This document shows, piece by piece, positions 39,931-52,305 of a stretch of 64,000 nucleotides of DNA; within the stretch, counting starts at the first letter, position 1, and each line of letters starts with the position of its first letter. Source of the DNA: Candidatus Dormiibacterota bacterium (GTDB taxonomy: Bacteria; Chloroflexota; Dormibacteria; Aeolococcales; Aeolococcaceae); NCBI GenBank assembly GCA_963718525.1, contig OY970355.1:2560001-2624000 (forward strand), in the 5' to 3' direction. The notes under the pieces are model-generated. The model had not been told where the DNA came from. It made no database searches and worked only from the letters and a program-made list of their open reading frames with translations. The position numbers were made by a program, and so were the translations under genes.

Positions 39931-40047
39931 ACCCGGCAACGACCTACTCTCCCACCCCGTTGCCAGGGCAGTACCATCGGCGCTGGTGGGCTTAACTGCT
40001 GTGTTCGGGATGGGAACAGGTGTTTCCCCACCGCTATGATCACCGGA
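39931..40047 (-). rRNA. rrf: 5S rRNA
   Basis: CATAGCGGTGGGGAAACACCTGTTCCCATCCCGAACACAGCAGTTAAG...GCCGATGGTACT...GGGAGAGTAGGTCGTTGCCGG; flanked by complementary GAGAGATA / TATCTCTC. Confidence 0.97.
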
Positions 40048-40542
40048 TATCTCTCTCATGACGAGTGAGAACGCGAGTCTGGTCCACGGAAGCGGCGTCG
40101 CGCCGTCCGTCGGAGAATCCTAGTGCGCTACTTCGAGCGCTCTTGCCAGGCGTTGCACTTTCCTGCGGCGCCACCCTTGGCGCCATCCCACTAGTCGCTG
40201 AAAAGTGGGATAGGAGGTCAAGCCCTCGACCGATTAGTACCGCTCAGCTCAAAGAGTCACCTCTCTTACACCCGCGGCCTATCAACCAGATGGTCTCTCT
40301 GGGGTCTTACCCGGTTATCCGGTGGGAGATCTTATCTTGGAGTGGGCTTCGCACTTAGATGCTTTCAGCGCTTATCCCATCCGGACATGGCTACCCAGCG
40401 ATGCTCTTGGCAGAACAACTGGTGCACTAGCGGTCCGTCCAACCCGGTCCTCTCGTACTAAGGTCAGCTCTCCTCAAATCTCCTGCGCCCACAGCGGATA
40501 CGATCCGAACTGTCTCACGACGTTCTAAACCCAGCTCGCGTA

Positions 40543-40579
<37 letters not shown>

Positions 40580-40583
40580 ACTC

Positions 40584-40625
<42 letters not shown>

Positions 40626-40655
40626 TGCCGTCGATGTGAACTCTTGGGCAAGATC

Positions 40656-40692
<37 letters not shown>

Positions 40693-40849
40693 GACGGCCT
40701 TTCCATTCAGAGCCGTCGGATCACTATGCCCGACTTTCGTCCCTGCTCGGCTTGTCGGCCTCACAGTCAAGCTCCCTTACGCCATTACACGCCAAGGCCT
40801 GATTTCCATCCAGGCTGAGGGAACCTTTGGGCGCCTCCGTTACCGTTTG

Positions 40850-40882
<33 letters not shown>

Positions 40883-41161
40883 CCACGGTCCCGACACCGG
40901 ATAACGGCGCCGGTTAGAAATAAAATCCAGCAAGGCTGGTATTCCAAGGTTGACTCCACCGAACCTAGCGGCCCGACTTCACAGTCTCCCAGCTATCCTC
41001 TACATGCTGGACCCCATTTCAGTGGCAAGTTATAGTAAAGCTCCACGGGGTCTTTCCGTCCTGCTGCGGGTAACCTGTATCTTCACAGGTACTTCAGTTT
41101 CGCCGAGTACGTGGCCGAGACAGCGCCCATCTCGTTACGCCATTCGTGCGGGTCGGAACTT

Positions 41162-41919
<758 letters not shown>

Positions 41920-43355
41920 ATTTCAGAGCTTGCACCCCTCCACTTAACCTTCCGGCACCGGGCAGGCGTCAGCCCCTATACGTCAGCTTACGCTTTAGCA
42001 GAGACCTGTGTTTTTAGTAAACAGTCGGATGGGCCTTTTCTCTGCGGCCCTCGTCAGCTCACCGAGTAAATCGGATCACCGCCAAGGGCTCCCCTTCTCC
42101 CGAAGTTACGGGGACATTTTGCCGAGTTCCTTAGCCACGTTTCCCTCGATCGCCTTGGAATCCTCTTCCCACCTACCTGTGTCGGTCTGCGGTACGGGCG
42201 CCGTGGTTCTCGCTAGAGGCTTTTCTTGGAGGCATGGAACCGGCCCCATCGACACGAAGTGTCTTGGGATCCTTCTCGGAGTTAATGTCAAGCGGATTTG
42301 CCTACTTGACCTCCTACAAGGCTCCGTCGGGGACAACCGTCGCCCCGTCAGGCCTATCCTTCCCCGTTCCCCCATTGCTGATAACGAACCAGCGGCGGTG
42401 TTGGAATGTTGACCAACTGTCCATCGCCTACGCCTTTCGGCCTCGGCTTAGGTCCCGACTGACCCTGGGTCGATTAACGTAGCCCAGGAAACCTTAGGTT
42501 TACGGCGAACACGTTTCTCACGCGTTTCTCGCTACTTGTGCCGGCATTCTCACTTCTGTCCGCTCCACCCGTCCTTACGGTCAGGCTTCGCAGCAAACAG
42601 AACGCTCCTCTACCACGACCTTCCTGTGAAGGAAGGCCATCCACGGCTTCGGTTGCAAGCTTGAGCCCCGATCATTGTCGGCGCCACGACATTCGACCAG
42701 TGAGCTGTTACGCACTCTTTAAATGGTGGCTGCCTCTAAGCCCACATCCTGGTTGTCTGGACACCGTGACATCCTTTTCCACTTAGCTTGCGATTTGGGA
42801 CCTTAGCCGGTGGTCTGGGCTGTTTCCCTTTCGACGATGAAGCTTAGCCCCCACCGTCTCACTGCCGCCGGAAAGTTTGTTGCCATTCGGAGTTTGGTTG
42901 GGTTTGGTAACGAGGTGATCGCCCCTAGCCCATTCAGTGCTCTACCGGCCACAAACCCATCGACGACGCTGCACCTAAATGCATTTCGAGGAGAACCAGC
43001 TATATCCGAGTTCGATTGGCATTTCACCGCTATCCACAGTTCATCCGCCGCATTTTCAACTGGGGTCGGTTCGGGCTTCCACGCGGTCTTACCCGCGCTT
43101 CACCCTGACCATGGATAGGTCACTCGGTTTCGGGTCTACTCCATGCGACTACCACCACCATTACAGTGGTCACGCCCTATTCAAACTCGCTTTCGCTACG
43201 GCTCCGGGTGTCAACCCCTTAACCTCGCCACATGGAAGTAACTCGCCGGCTCATTCTACAAAAGGCACGCAATCAGGCATTCCCACTAGGGGCATAGCCC
43301 TCTCACGGCTTGTAAGCACACGGTTTCAGGTACTTTTAACTCCCCGTCTGGGGTG

Positions 43356-43401
<46 letters not shown>

Positions 43402-44134
43402 AGTATTCAGGCTTGGACGATGGTCCGCCCAGATTCCCACAGAATTCCACGTGTTCCGTGGTACTTGGGAGCTCTCAAAGGAGGTCGTGTGCCTTTCGCG
43501 TACGGGGCTGTCACCCTCTGCGGCCGGCTTTTCCAATGCCGTTCGGCTAGACAACGACTTTGTAACTCCTTGTCCCCTCGGCAGAAGGAACGCTGAGGTC
43601 CCGCGACCCCGAGACGGAAACGCCTGCCGGCTATCACGCCGTCTCGGTTTAGCCTCACCCCTTTTCGCTCGCCACTACTCAGGGGATGACATCTTTTCCT
43701 GCGGATACTTAGATGTTTCAGTTCTCCGCGTGCCCTCTACCCGGTCTATATATTCAACCGGGAGTACCTGGACATTCCTCCAGGTGGGTTGCCCCATTCG
43801 GAAATCCCCGGATCGAGTGCTTGCTAGCAGCTACCCGAGGCTTATCGCAACAACGCTACGTCCTTCATCGGCTCTTGGTGCCAAGGCATCCACCGTGTGC
43901 CCTTGGTAGCTTGACCTTTCCTATCGTCACTGTTCAATGACTGCAGGAGGCCTGGTGACGACGCTGCGTCACCACGACACGTGTTTCGCCTGGCTTGTTG
44001 TTTGTTATTGAGGATTCTCACTTGAACGCTGGACGACGGAAACCGTCCAGTGTTCTCGCAGACTCGCTATTCTCGTGTCAACGTGCAAACGACCGACCTT
44101 GAGGCCGGCTGTCGAGCGGAGGGGTCGTTGCCCG

Positions 44135-44207
44135 TGGAGATGGCCGGGCTCGAACCGGCGACCCCCTGCTTGCAAAGCAGGTGCTCTTCCAGCTGAGCTA
44201 CATCCCC
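44135..44207 (-). tRNA. tRNA-Ala(TGC), CCA not encoded
   Basis: GGGGATGTAGCTCAGCTGGAAGAGCACCTGCTT-TGC-AAGCAGG...GTTCGAGCCCGGCCATCTCCA. Confidence 0.96.
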
Positions 44208-44222
44208 GGACGGATACGAGCG

Positions 44223-44296
44223 TGGGCCTTTGTGGATTCGAACCACAGACCTCACGGTTATCAGCCGTGCGCTCTCACCAACTGAGCTAAAGGCCC
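44223..44296 (-). tRNA. tRNA-Ile(GAT), CCA not encoded
   Basis: GGGCCTTTAGCTCAGTTGGTGAGAGCGCACGGCT-GAT-AACCGTG...GTTCGAATCCACAAAGGCCCA. Confidence 0.96.
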
Positions 44297-44607
44297 GTGT
44301 GGGCCCGGCGCAGCCGGTCCCCTTGACCGCTGAAGCGTGGAGCGACATCCGCGAGGCGACGTGGTTGCCTCGGGCGCCTGGAGCACCGCGCTCCTGACGC
44401 GCATTTATTTCTGCAGATTCCCACTGCCTGCTGGCCGGCCTCCCCGCCACGCTTGCGCGTGGTGGATCGCGCCACATTACATCCCGGTATTCTTCGCGAT
44501 TGCTCGCTACTCTTCGCGGTTCTTCATGACGCGTTGCTGCACGGCTTGAGTTGACTGGTCCGTGCCGTGATGCGCATTGCTGCGCGTACGCACTCGGGCC
44601 ACTCCCT

Positions 44608-46116
<1,509 letters not shown>

Positions 46117-46321
46117 AATACGTCTGTGTCCCGGATAACCCGGGTCGTAGACATGCTTTGACGAGGCCTACGCCGGTCCGTGCGCTATCGCACGAGACCC
46201 AAGGCCGTCGCGGAAAGTCGTCTCCACTCTTCAAGTGTCAAGGTTCATGGCGCGCCAAGTCCAACATGGAATCCCTGGCAACGCGGCCGTCGGGAGCAAC
46301 CCCCGTACGGGCAACCCGCAG

Positions 46322-46350
46322 AGTTTACCGATCTCGAGGGCTCAGGTCAA
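46322..46350 (-). promoter_or_regulatory. sigma-A promoter of the rrn operon
   Basis: TTGACC-N17-TAAACT about 200 bp upstream of the 16S. Confidence 0.8.
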
Positions 46351-46405
46351 GTCGAGCCGAGCCGCGGTAGTGCCTCAGCTTGAATCCGCCCGCCAGGCGG
46401 GTCAG

Positions 46406-46633
46406 TCAATCGGGAGGTCGAGGCGCCTCACGGCGGGCTCTTAAAGCCATGGGAACCGCAAAAAGAATTGCCAGCAGTGTCCAGAAGATCACAAGGGACC
46501 CCACCGCCAGGAAGACATCGCGAACGGCGGACCAGGGATCAGATGGCACAAACCCGAGAAGCAAGAGCACCACGCCGGCCGCGAGCATCCACCATCGGCG
46601 CTTGATTACCCAGGGCACGCCCGATTCTCGCAT
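46406..46633 (-). CDS. Small two-TM membrane protein
   Basis: KRRWWMLAAGVVLLLLG...VFLAVGSLVIFWTLLAILFAVP. Confidence 0.55.
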   Translation of the reverse strand: MRESGVPWVIKRRWWMLAAGVVLLLLGFVPSDPWSAVRDVFLAVGSLVIFWTLLAILFAVPMALRARREAPRPPD

Positions 46634-47054
46634 GGATCGGGCGGCTACTTGGTGCGGCCCAACATGAGCCCGCTCCCCGATCCACCGATCCCGGCAGCGG
46701 CTGCGGGTGAGCTCACCGCTAGTTTCGAAAGAAGTCTCCAGGGCGGGCGGCTCTTGGCTCCTCACGCGCATCCGAGGGGAACTGAGCCTCATACCCGTGG
46801 CTTGAGCGGACCGCATCCGGAACAGCCCCGGCCGCAAGACCGCCCAGTGACCACCCCGGCCGGCTCGCACGCTCATCGTGGACAGAGAAGAACGGTTTCG
46901 ACCCCGCCAGCCGATCCAGCCACGTCGCGGCTTCAGTTTTCATGACCTTGCTCTACAAACGTATACGCCCTGCCCTCGGCATACGCAAGCGCCACCTCAA
47001 CGCGTGCTTGCGGACAGACGGGAGGCTCCCCGGCGTGGGACTGTCACCTGCACT

Positions 47055-47240
47055 GTGCTCGTGTGTCCCAATTGCGGTGCCGATCGCTTGATCCCGATGA
47101 CCTTTCCGCTATACCAGCGCGAGGCGGGATCGAAGGTGCAGCTCCGGCGACCGTTGGCCAAGTGCTCGGACTGCGGTCAGCGGATCTTCGCAAAGGTCAT
47201 CACCCGCCGGCGCATCCGCAAATCCGCCCGCCCGACCTGA
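47055..47240 (+). CDS. Small zinc-ribbon protein
   Basis: CPNC...CSDC with a basic tail; start uncertain. Confidence 0.55.
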   Translation: MLVCPNCGADRLIPMTFPLYQREAGSKVQLRRPLAKCSDCGQRIFAKVITRRRIRKSARPT

Positions 47241-47249
47241 GCCGCTGCC

Positions 47250-47849
47250 TCAAAGAGCGCGGCGTCCCGCGAAGGCGCGGGCCATGGTCAGCTCATCCGC
47301 GTATTCGAGATCGGATCCCGCAGGCAGCCCATGCGCCGGCCGAGACACGGTGACACCGAGCGTCGCGAGCCGCTCGGCGACGTAATACGCGGTGGCCTCG
47401 CCCTCGACGTCGGGATCGGTGGCGATCACCACCTCGCGAATCTCGCCCTCGGCGACGCGGGCTTCCAGCTCGCGAATCCGGAGCTCGTCGGGCCCGACCC
47501 CGTCCATCGGCGACAGCGCGCCGCCGAGGACGTGATAGAGCCCGTGAAACTCGCCGCTGCGCTCGACAGCGAGCACATCGAGGGCCTCCTCAACAACACA
47601 TAACAACGATCCATCGCGCTTCGCATCGGTGCAAATGGCGCAGAGCGGGCCGTCGGCGATGAAGAAGCACCGCGAACACGGGCGGACGCGGGTGTGCAGG
47701 TCGGTGAGCGCGCCTGCCAGCCGCTGCGACATGTCCGCCGACGCCCTGAGGCAGTAGAAGGTCAGCCGCTGGGCGGTTTTCGGGCCGATACCGGGAAGCC
47801 GTCCGAACTCGGCGGCGAGCCGCTCCACAGCCTCAGGAACGAGTGGCAC
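47250..47849 (-). CDS. recR: Recombination mediator RecR
   Basis: LPGIGPKTAQRL, C4 zinc finger, YHVLGGALSPMDG, EGEATA, LEYADE. Confidence 0.97.
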   Translation of the reverse strand: MPLVPEAVERLAAEFGRLPGIGPKTAQRLTFYCLRASADMSQRLAGALTDLHTRVRPCSRCFFIADGPLCAICTDAKRDGSLLCVVEEALDVLAVERSGEFHGLYHVLGGALSPMDGVGPDELRIRELEARVAEGEIREVVIATDPDVEGEATAYYVAERLATLGVTVSRPAHGLPAGSDLEYADELTMARAFAGRRAL

Positions 47850-47882
47850 GTCCCTCCTCCGTCATGCCGCGCCAGGTCCTGG

Positions 47883-48194
47883 TCAGAGGAGGCCGGGAGG
47901 GAGACCCAACCCCGCGGTCAACTGCGACATGTTCGCGGCCGCGGCCTCGCGTGACTTGTCGAGCGCGTCGTTGATTGCGGCGAGGATCAGATCGGCAAGC
48001 AGCTCGGCACCCTCTTCGAGCGCCTCGGGCTCGATCGCGACCGACAGCACCTTCTGGTGCCCGTCGGCGGTGATCGACACGACACCGCCGCCGGCGGTAC
48101 CGGTGACGGTCACGTCGTTGAGCTCCTCCTGCATCTTGGCCATACGGGCCTGGACCTGCTGGAGCTGCTTCATCATCTGCTGCTGGTTCTTCAT
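47883..48194 (-). CDS. ybaB: YbaB/EbfC nucleoid-associated protein
   Basis: MMKQLQQVQ...AGGGVV...DLILAAINDAL; lies between dnaX and recR. Confidence 0.93.
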   Translation of the reverse strand: MKNQQQMMKQLQQVQARMAKMQEELNDVTVTGTAGGGVVSITADGHQKVLSVAIEPEALEEGAELLADLILAAINDALDKSREAAAANMSQLTAGLGLPPGLL

Positions 48195-48215
48195 CTCGGA
48201 CCTCGTTGGGGCAGT

Positions 48216-49958
48216 CTACGCACCGTTGACCGATCGCGGCGTCCCGAGCCTCGTATCGTCGTGGAGGCGCGTCGCCGTGATCCGGCTGCCGGCAAAGGTA
48301 TCGAGCACTGCCTGGGTGATGTCACTGACCGCGCCGGACGCACCGCGCGGCCGCTCGTCGCCGGTGAACTCGGTCAGCACCTCGATCGGCCGGCCGGCGA
48401 TCGAGGACAGCGCATCGGCGATCACCCGGCGCTTGTCGGCATCGCTGATCTGCTCGTGGTGGAAGCGGCCGTTGGTCCCGATGGTCACGCGGGTCGCGTC
48501 TGCGGCGACAGGCTTGCAGTCCCGGAGCACCCCGGCGAGCCCCTTGTTGGCGCGCGCCACGGCCTCGATGGCAACCGGCCATTCCGCGAGCCAGCCGTCG
48601 ACGGTGGTGAGGTCGCGGCGCCCGATCGCCTCGACAACATCCTCCGGTCCGACGGAGCTGGGGATGACGGTCGGCGTCCCGTCGGGCATCGCCTCCGGCG
48701 TGACTTCGGCGGCGGCATGAGGACGGTCCGATGCCGCTGCCGTCCGGGGTGGAGGTTGCTCCGTGACACCTTGTGGCGGCGGCGTCCCCCCGGCAGGAGG
48801 TACGGCCGCGGTCGCACCGCGCTCGAGGGCCGCGACGCGCAGCGCCAGGGCTGTGATCCCCGCATCCTCGCCGTCGGCAGCCGGCGGGCGCAGTGCGCGA
48901 AGCAGGCACACCTCGACGAGCAGCCGGGCGTCGACCGACTGGCGCAGATTCATCTCGGCCTCGGCGACGAGTTCGAGGAGACGCAGCCAGAGTCCCGCGG
49001 GCGCGATTGCCGCGAGATCGGCGACCAACGAAACTTCGTCAGGACCGACTGGCGCGCCCTCAGGGTAGCCGAGAGCGACCAGCTCTGCGGCACGCGCGAG
49101 GCGCGCCACGTCGCGAAAGAGCTGACGGGGATCGGCACCGGCGTCGAATGCGGCCGCCGCCGCGCGCAGGGTGCCCGCCGGGTCCGCGCCCGCGAGCGAC
49201 GTGACCAGCGCATGGAGGGTCGACGGGTCGGTGAGGCCGAGTGAGCGCCGCGCCACCGTGACGGTGACCGGCCGTTCGCCGGCGCCGAGCGCCTGCTCGA
49301 GGAGCACCAGGGCGTCTCTCAGGCTGCCCTGCGCGGCGGTCGCCAGCAGCGCCAGGGCATCAGCATCGACACTCTCACCCTCTTTTCCCGCAACGTCGGC
49401 AAGCAGCTGCTCGATGGCCGGCACTGGGACCCGCCGGAAGTCGAAGCGCTGCACTCGCGACCGGATCGTCTCCGGCACCTTGTGCGGCTCCGTGGTCGCC
49501 AGCACGAAGAGGACGTGCGGGGGTGGCTCTTCCAGCGTCTTGAGGAAGGCGTTCCACGCGTCGGTGGTGAGCATGTGCGCCTCGTCGATGATGTAGACCT
49601 TGCGACGCAGCACAGCCGGCAGATAGCCCACGCGCTCACGAAGCTCGCGCATATCGTCGATGCTCCGGTTGCTCGCTGCGTCGATCTCGAGCACGTCCAC
49701 CGCGGCGCCGCTGAGGATCTCGACGCAGGGTGGGCACACGTTGTCGGGCTCGCCATCGACGGGGGCATCGCAGTTGACGGCGCGGGCAAGGATGCGCGCG
49801 GTGGACGTCTTGCCGGTACCACGGACCCCCGTGAACAGGTAACCGTGGGCGAGCTCGCCGGATCGCACCTCGTTGAGGAGGGTCCGCGCGACGACCTCCT
49901 GCCCCACGAGGTCGGCGAAGCGTTGCGGGCGATAGCGGCGATAGAGGGCGAGGCTCAC
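48216..49958 (-). CDS. dnaX: DNA polymerase III subunit gamma/tau
   Basis: ALYRRYRPQRF, GVRGTGKTS, EIDAASN, IIDEAHML, LKTLEEPP, TIRSRVQ. Confidence 0.96.
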   Translation of the reverse strand: MSLALYRRYRPQRFADLVGQEVVARTLLNEVRSGELAHGYLFTGVRGTGKTSTARILARAVNCDAPVDGEPDNVCPPCVEILSGAAVDVLEIDAASNRSIDDMRELRERVGYLPAVLRRKVYIIDEAHMLTTDAWNAFLKTLEEPPPHVLFVLATTEPHKVPETIRSRVQRFDFRRVPVPAIEQLLADVAGKEGESVDADALALLATAAQGSLRDALVLLEQALGAGERPVTVTVARRSLGLTDPSTLHALVTSLAGADPAGTLRAAAAAFDAGADPRQLFRDVARLARAAELVALGYPEGAPVGPDEVSLVADLAAIAPAGLWLRLLELVAEAEMNLRQSVDARLLVEVCLLRALRPPAADGEDAGITALALRVAALERGATAAVPPAGGTPPPQGVTEQPPPRTAAASDRPHAAAEVTPEAMPDGTPTVIPSSVGPEDVVEAIGRRDLTTVDGWLAEWPVAIEAVARANKGLAGVLRDCKPVAADATRVTIGTNGRFHHEQISDADKRRVIADALSSIAGRPIEVLTEFTGDERPRGASGAVSDITQAVLDTFAGSRITATRLHDDTRLGTPRSVNGA

Positions 49959-50092
49959 GGCGAGGCACCCGACCGAACGGCGATCCGGCGGCGGTTCAAG
50001 ACGCGCGACTCCTTCACGATGGTCACCCGAAGCGGGCGGCATTGTCGCAATGACGGCGGCGCCCGTGACGGCGGGCCGCTGGAATGTCGGGC

Positions 50093-50362
50093 AGTCGCGC
50101 ACCCCATGTCGTTGGCACGCCACCAGCGCTCACCCGTACGACCGGCTCAGACCAGGTGTCCCCACGGCACCCCCGGGGAACCGCTTACCGCTGCTTCCTT
50201 CCGGACCTGACGGGGTTCACGGGCCCGAGCTGCGCGGGACCCAGTCGTCAACGCCGGCGCGTCCGGAGCAGACCCAATGACGCGCCCCCTCGATGGGGAA
50301 TTCAGCCCCGCTATAGCGGATTGCGGGTACAGGGCACCGCTAACGCCCCGCCTAGCGCGACC
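50093..50362 (-). ncRNA. ffs: Large (Alu-domain-containing) bacterial SRP RNA
   Basis: S-domain TCAGGTCCGGAAGGAAGCAGC; 5' Alu-like GCTAGGCGGGGCGTTAGCGGTGCCCTGTACCCGCAATCCGCTATAGCGGG; terminal GTCGCGC/GCGCGAC stem; upstream of dnaX as in Bacillus. Confidence 0.9.
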
Positions 50363-50366
50363 ACGG

Positions 50367-51623
50367 TCATTGTACCGGCACCGGGGAGGCTGCCGGGTCG
50401 GCTGCAGACACCTCGGCGGACGCTGGACCGCGCTTCGGCCAGCGCAGCGAGATGCGCGTTCCTGCGTCCACCCCGGTTTCGACGTGGACGGTGGCGCCGT
50501 GCGCCTGGACCACTCGCTTGACCAGCGCGAGACCCATGCCGGTGCCCCCGAAGCGGCGGGTGGCGGTGTTGTCGACCTGGTAGAAGCGCTCGAAGATGCG
50601 GGAGACATCGGCGGCGGGGATACCGATGCCCTTGTCGACGACCTCGATCAGCACGGTGTCCGAATCCGCGAGCGCACCGCGCACCGCGACCTGCCCTCGT
50701 CCATCGCTGAACTTCACGGCGTTGTCGATGAGCGCGCGCAGCACCTGGCCGAGGCGATCGGGGTCGGCATACAGCGTCAACCCGGGATCAACCTCGATGC
50801 CGGCCGGCACCGGCAGCCCGCCCTTGTGACGTTCGCCAACGACGCCGATCGCGGCGCGGACCGCGTCCTCCAGGGGCACATCCGCCAGTGCAAGCACCAG
50901 CGCCTCGCCGTCACCGACAGAGAAATCGATGATGGTCTCGACGATGCCGTCGAGGTTCTTGGCGGCGACCTGGATATCACGCAGCGCGTCGAGCTTCGGT
51001 GCGTCCTCCCAGGTTGCCCAGCACATCTCCATCAGGTCGCTGAGCCCGAGAATCGCGGTCAGCGGCGTGCGCAGCTCGTGCTGCACGGTCGAGAGGAAAT
51101 CGGTCTTCATGGTGTCGAGGTCGCGCAGGCGGCGCACCGATTCCTTCTCCAGGTCGTAGAGCCGCGCGTTCTCCATGGCGACCACCGCGTTGTTGGCAAG
51201 AATGGCTAGAACGCCTTCGACGCCGGTATCCGCGTCCGACGCGCCAGCCGGCGACATCACCGCCAGCGCACCGACCACCTCGTGCTCGTAGGACATCGGC
51301 AGCACCAGGAGCGTCCCCTGGCCCTCGATCACCCGCCTGACGCGCTGGCCGGCGATCACCTCGGGAAGTGTCTCCCACCCAGCGAACGCGTCGGGTACCT
51401 GAAGATGAGGGTCGACGACGGTCACGTCGAGGTGATCGCCGGCGCGCAACGCCATCGCCGCTGTGGCGCCCTCTCCGGCGATCGATGCCGCCGTGCAGAC
51501 GACCTCGCGCCGCAGTTCCGGCACGCCGCCGGTGGTGCTGGTCAGGGCGCGGGCAACTGCGCCCACCCGATCCACGGCCCCGTCAACCGGAATGTGCGCG
51601 TCTGGACCAGCGGCGTCCTTCAC
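50367..51623 (-). CDS. GAF-domain sensor histidine kinase (orphan)
   Basis: ENARLY, HELRTPL, LIDNAVKFS, DKGIGI, FERFYQ, GTGMGL. Confidence 0.92.
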   Translation of the reverse strand: MKDAAGPDAHIPVDGAVDRVGAVARALTSTTGGVPELRREVVCTAASIAGEGATAAMALRAGDHLDVTVVDPHLQVPDAFAGWETLPEVIAGQRVRRVIEGQGTLLVLPMSYEHEVVGALAVMSPAGASDADTGVEGVLAILANNAVVAMENARLYDLEKESVRRLRDLDTMKTDFLSTVQHELRTPLTAILGLSDLMEMCWATWEDAPKLDALRDIQVAAKNLDGIVETIIDFSVGDGEALVLALADVPLEDAVRAAIGVVGERHKGGLPVPAGIEVDPGLTLYADPDRLGQVLRALIDNAVKFSDGRGQVAVRGALADSDTVLIEVVDKGIGIPAADVSRIFERFYQVDNTATRRFGGTGMGLALVKRVVQAHGATVHVETGVDAGTRISLRWPKRGPASAEVSAADPAASPVPVQ

Positions 51624-51666
51624 CCCTCGATCATACGGATGGCGTCCTCGGTCTCCCGACGACGGT

Positions 51667-52293
51667 TCAGTGACGACCACCCCACAGACGGGCCGACAGC
51701 TTGGGCTCCTCGCCCCGAGCGATACGGCGGATGTTCGGAGCGTGACGCACGATCACGAGCGCGGATGCAAGTGCCGTGAACACGAACGGCACGGCGTCGC
51801 GGCGGCGGCTGCTCTCGAGACCTGCCCCAAGCGTGGCAGTTCCGGCTGCCGTGAGTGAACCGACAGACATGGTTCGGCTCACGGTGAGCGCGCCGATACC
51901 GCCAACCGTCGCCCAGGCAGCGGCCTCACGCGACACCATCAGCAGGCCACCGAAGGCAGTTGCGACTGCCTTGCCGCCGCGGAAGCGGGCGAAGATCGGC
52001 CACGAATGTCCGACGCACGCGGCGAGCCCGGCCGCGGCCTGCGCCTCCGGGTCGGCGCCGAGACCGCGCGCAAGGCCGACGGCCGCTGCGCCTTTGGCCA
52101 CATCCAGGGCGAACGTGATCGCGCCCGCCCTGGCGCCGAGCGTCCGGAGCACGTTGGCAGTGCCCATGTTGCCGCTGCCGAAGTCGCGAACGTCCAGTCC
52201 GCCGACGGCTCTGCCGACGATCAGTCCAAACGGCACCGATCCGATCAGGTACCCGGCGGCGCAGCTCGCCGTGGCAGCCGCTTTGCCAGCCAT
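51667..52293 (-). CDS. plsY: Glycerol-3-phosphate acyltransferase PlsY
   Basis: YLIGSVP, GSGNMGTANVLR, DVAKG, GHSWPIF...GGKAVAT, RH..NI.R...GEE. Confidence 0.93.
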   Translation of the reverse strand: MAGKAAATASCAAGYLIGSVPFGLIVGRAVGGLDVRDFGSGNMGTANVLRTLGARAGAITFALDVAKGAAAVGLARGLGADPEAQAAAGLAACVGHSWPIFARFRGGKAVATAFGGLLMVSREAAAWATVGGIGALTVSRTMSVGSLTAAGTATLGAGLESSRRRDAVPFVFTALASALVIVRHAPNIRRIARGEEPKLSARLWGGRH

Positions 52294-52305
52294 TGGGCGT
52301 CGAGT

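Larger units (their letters stand above)
28859..39939. mobile_element. Tandem array of at least four related integrative elements or remnants at the 5S rRNA 3' end
   Basis: Five direct copies of the 14-bp core, conserved flanks, a recombinase, a helicase remnant and heterogeneous cargo. Confidence 0.8.

Noticed and set aside
28904-39939. CRISPR array or integron attC array as the explanation for the GAGATACCCGGCAA repeats
   Set aside because: Spacing is 1.3-5.5 kb, there are no cas genes, there is no RYYYAAC/GTTRRRY palindromic attC structure, and the core equals the 5S 3' end.
48216-49958. Programmed -1 frameshift in dnaX
   Set aside because: No A AAA AAG or poly-A slippery site seen.
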